Assembly: GCA_008690995.1 (NCBI GenBank)
Contig: VRMN01000011.1
Span: 434,001 to 498,000 of the forward strand
Reading direction: 5' to 3'
Length of the DNA stretch: 64,000 bases
From: Porphyridium purpureum
Taxonomy: Eukaryota
Part shown: piece after piece, positions 23,040-33,424 of the stretch
Layout: every line of letters begins with the position of its first letter
Numbering within the stretch: position 1 is the stretch's first letter
Notes under the pieces: model-generated
Database searches by the model: none
Seen by the model: the letters and a program-made list of their open reading frames with translations, nothing else
What the model was told of the DNA's origin: nothing
Made by a program: the position numbers and the translations under genes

Positions 23040-23867
23040 TTAGGCAGCGTGCCAGTGGCACGACGGAAGGGGAGACTGCATGGGCACCGGTTTGCGGCGC
23101 TTGATCACGCCAGGGCTCCGTATCATTGTGGCCGGCGTTATCTTTCCTCCCTCCATTCGCGCCGCGGCACTCGACCGGCGCCAGCCCAGCCCCAGCTTGC
23201 GCTGAACACTGCTGTTCCCACTTCCAGACACACTGCTTACACGGCTGAGCTTCTTGGGGGTTTCGGCCGACCCGGCTCGCGAACGCACAGGTTTACTGTC
23301 GTCACGAACAATCGATGACGACGAGTGATCTGGGCGCGGGCCGTAAGCGTTTGGTCGTTCCACCAAGCGACACCACACAGAGCAGAAGCGAAAGCCGTCC
23401 TGCAGCATTCTGTGGCATACCACGCAGGCCGTCGCGTACGCGGCGAGCTTGGACTTGAGTTGGGCGCGGCGGTCGAGATACAACACGCGGTTTCCGTTGT
23501 TCATGTAGCTCTGGATGCCCTGGATGTCTACGAACTCTTGCAACTCCTTGACGTGCGCCGTATCGTGGTACATGTACCGATTTATGTGGATGAGCGTCAT
23601 TCGATGCGAACGCTCGTGCACGCAGTGCTGGCAGAGCTTTTCTTGGGTCTCTGCGCAGAACAAATTGAGCTCGTTTCGTCTTTCGTGATGCTTGCTGCAC
23701 TTGTCAAAAAACGAGGTCCGCAATAATGACAAGACCCATCCTGGCAGAGGCGACCCGCCCGCGCCGGTAGTATCTGTTCGCAAGTCAGCCAACGATAGGT
23801 CTGTGCCCGAGGATGATGCAGAGAGGGATGAGATCTCTGGCGAGCCGCTCCGTTTTGACCCGTCCAT
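23040..23867 (-). CDS. PLATZ zinc-dependent transcription factor
   Basis: FFDKCSKH...RNELNLFC...LCQHC, RYMYHD...IQSYMNNG.RVLYL and CVVCHR...FCSVWC pattern. Confidence 0.92.
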   Translation of the reverse strand: MDGSKRSGSPEISSLSASSSGTDLSLADLRTDTTGAGGSPLPGWVLSLLRTSFFDKCSKHHERRNELNLFCAETQEKLCQHCVHERSHRMTLIHINRYMYHDTAHVKELQEFVDIQGIQSYMNNGNRVLYLDRRAQLKSKLAAYATACVVCHRMLQDGFRFCSVWCRLVERPNAYGPRPDHSSSSIVRDDSKPVRSRAGSAETPKKLSRVSSVSGSGNSSVQRKLGLGWRRSSAAARMEGGKITPATMIRSPGVIKRRKPVPMQSPLPSCHWHAA

Positions 23868-25318
23868 TTCTCACCTGAACACGAAAGCTGCCTCGAACGT
23901 GCCGCATATGCAAACGGCGCGCGGCGTATCGACCGAATTCCGAATCGGATCCGCTTCCAAGTTGCACCGATCTGCTCGGGCCTCGCGCACTGCAAACTGC
24001 GCAATCTCCACCCTGGCCACGTGCGCCTGCCTCCGGATCGCGGAATTCGACGCCTTGTCAACCCACGTTCCACGTCCTCGCCCACGCTAACGTCCAAGTC
24101 GCCCACTACTTTATCCACCGGCCTGCACGTCTGTCTCTCCACCTACGCTATCTCTACTCGACTTCTAACACAAGCACGCAAACGCCCTACTCCATTGATT
24201 CTCCCGACTGTTCTGCGTCGTCCCGAATCCCGCTCGTGGTCCTCCTTCGCACGCCGCGCAGATCCACGCGCGCAGAACGTCCGTTGTGCGATCTGGCGCA
24301 GCGCGTGCACACACCGACGCAGATCGCCACGCTCTGCTCGTATCTACGGCTCACTCCGTCTACTTCCTTCGCTTCCGTCGCCGTCACTCCCTTCCCACAT
24401 TTACCTTGTCCGCACCAACCATCACCGCACTTGCTTGTCCACACAGAAACACGTCGGACTTTCCTCCCCCCTTTCCGTATCAACGCCGTCCAATTTAGCC
24501 GCATGCGCGCCGTATGTCTACCCCCGTCTGCCCCGCGCCCTTATGTGGCTCCTCCCGGGTTGGAAATGAGCTACGAGTGGTCCAAATCAAATCACGCGCC
24601 GCGAAGTAAATTTATAAAGCAACGTTAAACATGAAAAATTAAAAAACAGGAGGCTGCACGCATACTAAAAAAGGGGCGATAACGCACATGCGGTGGGTAC
24701 ACTGACTTGTCGTGGGTACACCCCGTTGGAGTTTGTGTGTGACTGTGGGAGTTGTGGTTTCATGGACGGTGCCGTATTGGAAGCGCGCCGGGACGGAGGA
24801 AAAGAGGGGGGAAGAGGGGTGGTTGCTTCTGCTGGTCTGGTCGGTCTGGATAATCCGTGGTGCTTAGCAGATGTGCACAGCACCGACTGCTGCGCTATGA
24901 AATTCCTACGACACGCGCGGCATGCTCGCTTGCCGCGTTCTGTCCAGTCGGCAAAAGAAGGCAAGAAAAGAAGGGCAAGCCGCCGCGCGTCTCTCGCTAC
25001 CGCTAGCACGGAATGCATGAATGGGAAAGTACAGTGACAAGTACAGTAGTGAGTACAGTGATGACTGAGGCTGGCGTTCAGTTTACAGAGGAGCGAGGAA
25101 GTGATTACTGAACAAGCAAACTGTACCTTTGTGTGATATTTTGGGGGTGTTTTAATGGAGTGTGCACGATGACCTTTTCTTAATTCTTTGGCGGTTTGCG
25201 TGTGTGGGAGGAATCGCGCAGGGTTGGAGTGAATGGGAGGCGAGATGGATGCGCGTGGGTGGTGTGTGTGTGTGGGTGGGTGGGTGGGTGGCGCGAGCAT
25301 GTTGGACGGCATCGGATC

Positions 25319-25987
25319 ATGCCGGATCGGCAGCGAGCTGGGTCTGAGTCGGAGTCCACGTCGGAAGAGGACGGACAGAATGTGAGTGAGGACAGGCTCT
25401 TGGCGGAACGCGTAGCTGCGCGCGCGCTGGAAGCGCTCCGGCCCGCGCTCGAGCAGCACGCCTTTCGCGCGGCGATGGCGCTCCGGGGGAGAGCACCGCA
25501 CGAGCAGGCACGGTTCTCGTCGAACGCGGTTCGTGCAGGTGAGAGCTCGAGTCGTGCAAGCAGTACACGTAATGATGCGCCGCATCAGCATCAGGAAGGC
25601 GCCTCCTCGTCCGCGCGAGACTTTTCTTGGGTCGCGGCGTTGCGCTCGCGGCAGGCAGAGTACAGCGCCGCGCCACTCTTCTTTCACTTGCACGACCCGG
25701 CGGATCCAAGCACGCGACGTGTGCGATTTTCGTGGACCGCGGCCGGCCACGCCGCAAGTGTGGCCTTGGCTGGCGATTTTAGCGGCTGGGAGGAGCTCCC
25801 AATGCTGCGTATTTATTGCGGCACATGTGCTGACCCGTACTGGGAACTCCTGGTGGATCTTTCGCCCGGAGCGTACCATTACTTGTTCCTAATCGACGGC
25901 GTCTGGAAGTCAGATTCAACCCGGCGCGAGGTGGTGCATGCGTCGGGCAAGATCATGAACTTGGTTTTGGTGGATGCCACGTTATAG
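25319..25987 (+). CDS. CBM48 / AMPK-beta-type glucan-binding protein
   Basis: C-terminal VRFSW...VALAGDFSGWE...LSPGAYHYLFLIDGVW...N; no evident transit peptide. Confidence 0.85.
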   Translation: MPDRQRAGSESESTSEEDGQNVSEDRLLAERVAARALEALRPALEQHAFRAAMALRGRAPHEQARFSSNAVRAGESSSRASSTRNDAPHQHQEGASSSARDFSWVAALRSRQAEYSAAPLFFHLHDPADPSTRRVRFSWTAAGHAASVALAGDFSGWEELPMLRIYCGTCADPYWELLVDLSPGAYHYLFLIDGVWKSDSTRREVVHASGKIMNLVLVDATL

Positions 25988-27219
25988 CCCGGGCGCGGGA
26001 GTGGTGCGTTTCGTGTCCACCACTCTCGCCAGCTTGAGAAGCGCTCGTGCAATGCGAATCAACTGTAGTTCCGTAGAAATAACAAAGCCCCGAAAATGTA
26101 ATCATACTGATCAACCCAACGGTTTCTCGACGAGTAGACTCGCCACGGGTATCACAGGTCTGCATTGGCTTCAATGCCGAATTACGGGCTGCTAGACTGT
26201 CTCGACGAAATCCCACGTATGTGCTCAGACCATCAAAGCACAGATGCTTCCATCCTCGCTCAGCCCTACCTTTATGTATTTCCCGAGTCTTCATCTTCTT
26301 CTGGAATACCCGTGGGCAAACGCAAGTCTTCGCACTTTCGGATGCGAGCGGCGAAACGCGTTTGGAGTCATTGAATGTATGCGCTGGGGCGACAGAGTGC
26401 CCCCATCGACCTGAGCACGTAGCCTCGTGACCACTTTGGCATCCAGTGTGCAGTCCTGATCCGGAGAAGGCACTTTCGAGGAAGCGGAACAGGTCGAGCG
26501 GGGCTGCAACTGGCCTACTTTCAAACCACTCGCCAACCGTGGGATTGGGACAGGCTTCTGACTACATACGGAGCTCAAGCTCCTTCCGAAGTAAAATAAG
26601 TGGCGTCCAGCAGGATCAAGTTGCGAGCCACGTATGTGTGTTTTGGAAAGGTCTTGCATACTGACATGGTCTTGGTACGTTCTATCACCCGTGCCTTGTC
26701 TCAAAATGTGAACCGGGCCTTGACTTTTCTACACTTGCCATGAGCATCTCCATTCCGTACGCTTGTTGTACTAAGTGCAGCACGCAGCGTTGCCCCAATG
26801 TCCCCGTGAAGGAGGTATGCATAACTCGATCCTTATGGTCGAACCCATCTCCTGACACAATGTCAACAGAACAAGTGGCCCGAACCTTAACCACTTATCA
26901 AATGCCGATGCTACGCAAAGATGTTTTCCAGTCAACGCACAGCTCGTGACTGCAGAAAGCGCAATATCCTCGCGACACATTGTCTTTGCTCGATCCTGTC
27001 AGCTTATGGATGCACTATTTTCCCCACCTCGAGTACACGCAAACGGTCTGTTTCATACAACGCTGTTCTACCTGGTGTCGCCGCCAGTACGCACCACGTA
27101 AGTTTTGCGCATTTTCCCTGCATCTCGCAAGCACTTACCGTTGCTTTCGTGCTGAGCTGGACAATGCTTATTGAGCACCCGGTCAAGGGGTTTAGAAAAG
27201 CAAGCCACAGTCTACACGT

Positions 27220-29301
27220 TCACCCCTCGTTCGCATGAGAGATATTCGTGATGGTGTGCATGTCGAGACAATCCGCCTCGGCTTGACTTGCGTCAATGAT
27301 TCGGCTCGCGTCTGTATTCACAACCAGCGTGGCGTGCTGAATGCGGTCGACGACATGCGTCACGGTCTGCAACTTGTGAGCGACGCGAGGCCACATGTCG
27401 TCGTCAAAGCTGCCTGGTGCAAGGAAGATTTCGACACTGACGGGTTCGCGCCGCCCGATACGACACGCGCGGTCCTCTGCTTGCAGAAGGATCGCAGGAT
27501 TCCACGACAGTTCGGCAAAGAGCACATGATCCGCGCGAGTTAAGGAAAAGCCGACCCCTGCGGCGCCCATGCTGAGCACCGCCACACGGGTTTCGTTTTG
27601 AGTTTGAAACTCATCCACGAGCCGTTGCCGACCTGCCATGCTTGTCTGGCCATTAATGAAAATGCCGTGAATGCCGGGGAGTCCTTTGATGTACGACCAA
27701 ATGCCACTCATGACCTTGGCATGGTGCGCAAACACAATGAGTTTCCGACCTGTTCCGTCGAACAAAAGTTGCGCACATCGGTGGTTCACGCTCGACAATT
27801 TGGCCATCCCCGTTTTGAAATACATATATCGTTGGACTTGCAGCATTTGCTCAAGTAAGCGATCGGTGCTCGAACTCTGGTGACGCGAACTCACCCTGTC
27901 TTTCGCCATGTCCACGCCCAAGCGCTGTTTGATGTCGTCCAATTTTTTCCAGCGCTCTTGCAAATCGTCTTTATCGCACATGGTCATCTGGACCTGCACG
28001 GTGCCACGAGTCTTTGGTGGAATTGAAAGATTCACGCTGTCTTTGCGTCGTCTCATCATAAAGACGCGCAGCACATCGCCCAGCTCGCGTTCAAGATCAG
28101 AGACGTGTCTCTCTGAAGGCCGACCAGGCATGTACCGTTCTAGAAATGAGGCGCGGGAGGGGAAGAGATCTGGGCGCACCAGGTGAGCTTGAAAGAACAG
28201 CTCCTCAGAGCGTGACAGTGCCGGTGTCCCACTCAGCATCACTTGACGCCTCGTGGCCTTGATGATTGGGCCAAGGAACGCCACGCGCACGGTGTCCATG
28301 TTTTTGAGCATGTGCGACTCGTCAACAATAACTGTTCCGAAATGCGATGCCTGGAGGAACTCCTGAAGGGACACGGCGCTCTCGTAGCCCACAACCACAA
28401 GTCTTGGCGAAGGGCCTTCGTCCTCACCCGCCGCGTATGTGCCCCAAAGGTCTGAATATACACGCTTCTTACCGGCGACAAGCTTCGTGCTTTCTCTTTT
28501 CCTGCGCCGGCTTGCACACGCAAGCATAAAGCAGCATTCGGACTCGGAAATGACGCCATGCGCTACGTACCACTTTATCACTTCTCGCTTCCAATTTTCC
28601 CTGAGTGACGCCGGACAAATGATGAGCAGGGGCCAGTCTCCCTCTTTGTAGCAGCACGCAATGGCCAGTGCGCTAGCTGTCTTCCCCAGGCCCATGTCGT
28701 CCGCGAGCATCATGCGGCCGTGGCATGCGACGCCAAACTCAACCGCAGTCTGCTGAAACGGAAAGAGCGCTTCCCACATCGTTGCAGGGATGAGGCCACT
28801 AGGGTGGCGCATACCCGTTTGTGGATGTTTTGCAGACGGCTCGGTGGCTTGCTCTAAAGCCGCATTCTTCGAGGACGTGAGAGGTTCATCCGGCACTTTC
28901 CGCGTGCAAAGTGCTCGCAGCATCAAGTCCGGCGCATGGTACACGTACGCGTTTGCGAAATGGGTTTGCACGAGCTGCCGCACGTGCAGCGCGTATTCGA
29001 TCGGAATTCCATCAACCCTCCACACCGCATCCAGCTCACGAACAATCACCTCCACATCACGACCCACGACCTCGTGCACCGCATCCACAAAGCCCACTAC
29101 CTTCAACCGCTGTTCTCTCGTCACCTCCTCAAGTACCCATCGCACCTTGACGGGAGCCTCCACGTACTCAAACGCCAGAACACCTCTACTTTCTGCACAC
29201 TGTGCACGTCCGGCATGATGTGCCTCGAGCTGATGCGCGTCTTGTTCGACCAGCCTCCATTCATCGTCATCAAGCCATTCGTCATATTCGTCGATGTCCA
29301 T
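27220..29301 (-). CDS. SNF2-family annealing helicase, SMARCAL1/ZRANB3-like
   Basis: LFPFQ, LADDMGLGKT, WPLLIICPASL, VDESHMLKN, LSGTPALSR, VFAHH and FAELSWNP...QAEDR motifs. Confidence 0.9.
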   Translation of the reverse strand: MDIDEYDEWLDDDEWRLVEQDAHQLEAHHAGRAQCAESRGVLAFEYVEAPVKVRWVLEEVTREQRLKVVGFVDAVHEVVGRDVEVIVRELDAVWRVDGIPIEYALHVRQLVQTHFANAYVYHAPDLMLRALCTRKVPDEPLTSSKNAALEQATEPSAKHPQTGMRHPSGLIPATMWEALFPFQQTAVEFGVACHGRMMLADDMGLGKTASALAIACCYKEGDWPLLIICPASLRENWKREVIKWYVAHGVISESECCFMLACASRRRKRESTKLVAGKKRVYSDLWGTYAAGEDEGPSPRLVVVGYESAVSLQEFLQASHFGTVIVDESHMLKNMDTVRVAFLGPIIKATRRQVMLSGTPALSRSEELFFQAHLVRPDLFPSRASFLERYMPGRPSERHVSDLERELGDVLRVFMMRRRKDSVNLSIPPKTRGTVQVQMTMCDKDDLQERWKKLDDIKQRLGVDMAKDRVSSRHQSSSTDRLLEQMLQVQRYMYFKTGMAKLSSVNHRCAQLLFDGTGRKLIVFAHHAKVMSGIWSYIKGLPGIHGIFINGQTSMAGRQRLVDEFQTQNETRVAVLSMGAAGVGFSLTRADHVLFAELSWNPAILLQAEDRACRIGRREPVSVEIFLAPGSFDDDMWPRVAHKLQTVTHVVDRIQHATLVVNTDASRIIDASQAEADCLDMHTITNISHANEG

Positions 29302-29763
29302 ACCCGTCCGGTGACTCTCCTCTCTCTTCCGCTGACCGAGCTCGACTTCAAACCTTTATCAGCCTCTGCTGCACGTTCTCAATGAAACGCGCTGCGTTAC
29401 TAGAACACTGACAGTACGGTCAAAACTAAAATTAGAACGAACGCGAGACGAAGAGAAGAAGACAAGGAGAGCGAAGGACGGAGAGACAACGACAACGAGA
29501 GAGGCGACGACGACGACGCTGAAAGAGAGGCATGAGTCGCTGGCTCTTGCGTCGAGTAGTTGCAGTGCTTTTTGCCTGAATAGAGGCACGCACGCGCGTG
29601 TATTCACGCAGGCCCACGCAGACGAGGAGCGAGCAAACGCGCACGGATTGGTTTGCGTGGATTTCCTCCGTGACGTTCGTGCGGAGAGTTTTGTAGAGTC
29701 GGTGGGGCGTGTTAGTGGCTGTGATCTTGATCGGCTTGGAGACTGGTGTGGCGCTGGAAAATC

Positions 29764-31227
29764 ATGGTAGAGCGGAGCGAGGAAGCGAGTGGAAGAGAAG
29801 AGGCAACAAGGACTGATCCGGATGATGTCGAGGAGGACACAGGTACTGGGTCGGTCGCGTCAGAAGCACGCGCTACAGTACTGCGACGTCATACGGTCGT
29901 CGAGCGTGTTGTCGTGCCGGTGGCTGACAGTGTGGGGGGTGAGGAGGAGGGACGAAAGGAGGAACCAGAGGTGGACGCCAATATGACGTCTAGGTTTGCC
30001 GCGAAAGGAGGTGTATATAACAACGTGGCCGTTAACGGTAGCTCGCGGATAGAGGAAGAAAAGCGCGAATCTATCGCGACGACGAAATATCGAGGCTTTT
30101 TAGAGCAAGCGCGCTTCCTGCCGTACGTTGTCGCCGTGCTAGGCTCGCTGCTTGTATACGGTCTTTTGCAGGAGCGTGTGATGACACAGCCCTACAAGCG
30201 CGAATCATCAGATGGAATCGTTGACCCGAACGCCGAGCCGGTCATGGATTATTTCTCAAACTCGTTGTTCCTCGTCTTTCAGAACCGCTTATTTGCCCTC
30301 GTTATCGCCGTGCTGTTGGCTGTGCTGGTTGACCGCGACTCATTGCGCGCGAACCCAAGTGACGAATACAATCTTGTGGGTAGCAGTGCGCCAGTCGATC
30401 GCGACAGCCCGCGCCCATACAGCGCGCGCCTGCCGCGCGTCCGCGCGTTCAAGTACTTTTTGGTGTCGGCATCGAATATTGTCGCAACGAATTGCCAATA
30501 CGAAGCGCTCAAGTACGTCTCGTTCCCGACGCAAACACTGTTCAAATGCGGCAAGATGATCCCAGTGATGCTATTGAGTACATATCTGTCACGCAAGTCG
30601 TATCGGATGTTAGATTACTGTGTGGCCCTGATTGTTGGGCTCGGTTGCTTCTCCTTTGCGATGACGGGCAATATTGCGTCGAAAAAGTCGGTCGCCTTGC
30701 ACGCCGCCACAGCAAGCAGCACATGGTTTGGAATCATTCTCATGCTTGTGTATTTATTAGCGGACAGCTTGACTTCGACTATGCAGGAGCATCTGTTTCA
30801 GGACGAGGGTGAGACACTCAATCGACAGATGATGCATGTGAATTTGAGCTCCAGCATACTTACTGTAGTGTTGATGCTTTTGCGGGGCTCGTTTTTCAGC
30901 TCCATCAATTTTTTTGCGACCCATCCCTCGGCGATTTGGGAGACCAGCTTCTTGAGCCTCGCGGCAGTTGCGTCACAGTATGCTATCACTGGGTGCGTGT
31001 TTGCGTTTGGGTCGCTGACGTATGTGACGATCATGACCGTGAGACAAATTGTGTCGGTGCTGCTCTCGAATTTGGTATTCGGCCATCAGCTCGGGATGAC
31101 GCAGTGGGTCTGTATTGTCTCTGTATTTGGGGCTTTGCTTCTTCGAAGCTGTTTTGGGAAAGGCTCGACGGTCAAGAAAGTGGCGGATCCACCCGATCAC
31201 GCCCGCGGTCCGGACGCACGCGTGTGA
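29764..31227 (+). CDS. UAA-family (SLC35B) transporter, most like the PAPS transporter SLC35B2
   Basis: YGLLQERVMTQPY, FLVFQNR, CQYEALKYVSFPTQTLFKCGKMIPVM and IMTVRQ; multiple TM helices. Confidence 0.85.
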   Translation: MVERSEEASGREEATRTDPDDVEEDTGTGSVASEARATVLRRHTVVERVVVPVADSVGGEEEGRKEEPEVDANMTSRFAAKGGVYNNVAVNGSSRIEEEKRESIATTKYRGFLEQARFLPYVVAVLGSLLVYGLLQERVMTQPYKRESSDGIVDPNAEPVMDYFSNSLFLVFQNRLFALVIAVLLAVLVDRDSLRANPSDEYNLVGSSAPVDRDSPRPYSARLPRVRAFKYFLVSASNIVATNCQYEALKYVSFPTQTLFKCGKMIPVMLLSTYLSRKSYRMLDYCVALIVGLGCFSFAMTGNIASKKSVALHAATASSTWFGIILMLVYLLADSLTSTMQEHLFQDEGETLNRQMMHVNLSSSILTVVLMLLRGSFFSSINFFATHPSAIWETSFLSLAAVASQYAITGCVFAFGSLTYVTIMTVRQIVSVLLSNLVFGHQLGMTQWVCIVSVFGALLLRSCFGKGSTVKKVADPPDHARGPDARV

Positions 31228-32442
31228 CCATATTACAAGGAAGTCGACGTGAAGGAAGTTCCAATGAATCTTTCGACGCAGCGTAGAGTCGCAGATCGGC
31301 TGTTTCATGTCTCGCAGGGCTTTGTGGTTGAACAAGGCCGCCAAATTCGACCCGCGACGTGGGTGATGGGGAAATTCATTTCGACGAAACTGACAAAGTC
31401 TGTCCAAGCGTTTTTGAAAGCACATGCGGCAATGGGTCAGAATCAGACGATAGCACAGATTCTGCACGTGTGTCGGCCTTCAGCGATTCCGGGTGGGATC
31501 AAGTGGTCGGAGGCAGCCGGCTAGCCGACAGAAAGGCGAGAGCGTGGCCGACACGAAATAGGATTCCGCACTCATATTATCACAGGGACATGTGCTGTAT
31601 CCGACGCCCACGGTCACAACTCACATTCGATGATTCGGCTGAATGTCTGAGGTGTGTTCGACATTGCCCCGCCTTCGCGTCTGTCTGTCTGTCTCTCTTT
31701 CTTTGCTTCGTGTACGAATTCTCCGCTGTCTGTCGGCGTTTCGAATGGATCACACGTCCAGGTGTATCAAAGACGTATCTCGAAATCATTCGCAGTATCA
31801 TCAGCAGCAGCAGCAGCAGAACATATGCCCACGACCTCCATTGGCGACGTCCAACATCTGCTTCTTCCGTCCTTCTCCGGCAACGCACACGCTCATGTCG
31901 ATCTCGTCTGGAAACCGTCCCACCCAACTGTACACTACCAAACTCACGTGCGACTTTATAGTGTACAGTTAAAAAGGTCGGGAAAATCTCGCGTGGATTT
32001 TGAGCGAGCGGGCGCGCGTGGTAAGCAGGAAGCCTAGTCAGCGCATGGAATAGTGTGAGTACTTTGGAAAGGAGTGACGCGTGCATTGATTTGCATTCTG
32101 GATAGCACGCGTGTGCATCGGATTCGGGCGACCACATCACATGTTGAATGACACTCATGCGCCGCGCGCAGGAGCTGCACAGAGACAGAACACGTCGGCG
32201 CTGCGTGTAACCTGCCGACGAGGATCGATGCGAATCGGATGGAACGTGCACACGACACGAAGAGTCCAAACAGCTAGGAGCACAGCGGATATCGCGGAGC
32301 GCAGTGTCGGTCATGGTGCTGCATAGCACGGAGCCATGTCCTGCTATAACTTCGGTTTTTTCCGCACACGCGGATGGATGACTAGAATTCGAGGCCAAGC
32401 GGCAGACCGACACACGCGCGCCTCCGCCGCAGTGCAAAGGGG

Positions 32443-32449
32443 TATATAT
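32443..32449 (+). promoter_or_regulatory. Candidate TATA box of the LOV gene
   Basis: TATATAT in a GC-rich context about 170 bp upstream of the ATG at 32615. Confidence 0.45.
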
Positions 32450-32614
32450 GTGTGCGCGGAACGCGGAGAGGTCGGTGCGAGGAGGAGGGAGAAGTGCAGA
32501 GGCAGAAGGAAAAGCAGGAAGGTGGGATCCCAGCAAACAGAGCTTGAGCTTGCACTCGGATTTGATCCGCAGGAAAGACACAGAGGCCGATTTGTCTACA
32601 GGTATCTCATCATC

Positions 32615-33190
32615 ATGGGGAAAGGACAGAAGGCTGAGGTCGCGAACGCGAACATGGTCGTGGTACCAACAGGCAGCAAGTACCAAATTAAGAGCCTTGA
32701 GAAGGAGGCGGCTTGGAAGCCGATCAAGAAGATCCGCGACGCGGATCTCGAGCTCTTGTACGCAATGGAGAAGGAGGGCGCGATGTTCTGCGTGACAGAC
32801 CCAGACCTGCCCGATCACCCGATCGTGTATGCGAGCCCAAAGTTTCTCTCCTACACCGGCTACACGGAGAAGGATATCGTGGGGACAAACTGCCGTTTCT
32901 TGCAGGGTGAAGAGACTGAGGGCGAAGACGTGGCTGATATCCGAAATGCGCTCAAGACCACAGAGGACACGTCGGTGTTCCTGTACAACTACAAGAAGGA
33001 CGGTACCGGTTTCTACAACCAATTTTTCATGACGCCTCTGCGCAAGAAGAGCATGTTTGGCGGCGCAGGCAAGCCGGCGTACTTCTTGGGTGTCCAGACC
33101 GAGTGCGATACAAAAGAAGACAAGAACAGCGTGAACAATGCGTGCAAGCTTTTGCGCGACAGGCAATACAAGCTTGCCGAGTTTGCGTGA
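32615..33190 (+). CDS. Stand-alone (short) LOV-domain blue-light photoreceptor, 191 aa
   Basis: DPDLPDHPIVYAS..F..TGY...GTNCRFLQG (photoactive Cys), NYKKDG..F.N and FLGVQ; no effector domain. Confidence 0.93.
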   Translation: MGKGQKAEVANANMVVVPTGSKYQIKSLEKEAAWKPIKKIRDADLELLYAMEKEGAMFCVTDPDLPDHPIVYASPKFLSYTGYTEKDIVGTNCRFLQGEETEGEDVADIRNALKTTEDTSVFLYNYKKDGTGFYNQFFMTPLRKKSMFGGAGKPAYFLGVQTECDTKEDKNSVNNACKLLRDRQYKLAEFA

Positions 33191-33424
33191 TTACGGGACA
33201 CATACTCTGGCTCCTTGCGACTTCCGGAGCGAGGAGCCCTCTGATTGAACACCTGACTGAGATTTCTTAGGGGCTTTGTTGAACAGCATGCACCGAACCA
33301 CGCTGTGCAGATTTCCACACACATTGGATATACTAAAAGTCATTTCTCTCCACGACACCCAAACGTGTTCCAGGGGATAGCAACGCTTCTGAAAGTGTGT
33401 GAGATTCAGGACGCGACTCACAAA

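Noticed and set aside
24665..25879. 404-aa minus-strand ORF; also 21021..21884 and 22051..22755
   Set aside because: No recognisable motifs; these are antisense or intergenic chance ORFs.
27040..27115. Minus-strand KTYVVRTG/TPG resembling an RNase H1 N-terminal (viroplasmin) motif
   Set aside because: It needs two frameshifts within about 25 codons, so it is indistinguishable from chance.
31580..33166. 528-aa minus-strand ORF overlapping the LOV gene
   Set aside because: Antisense shadow of a GC-rich CDS and promoter, with no domain and non-protein-like composition.
19528..33190. bZIP and LOV genes as a split aureochrome
   Set aside because: They are 12 kb apart on opposite strands with four genes between them, and nothing in the sequence links them.
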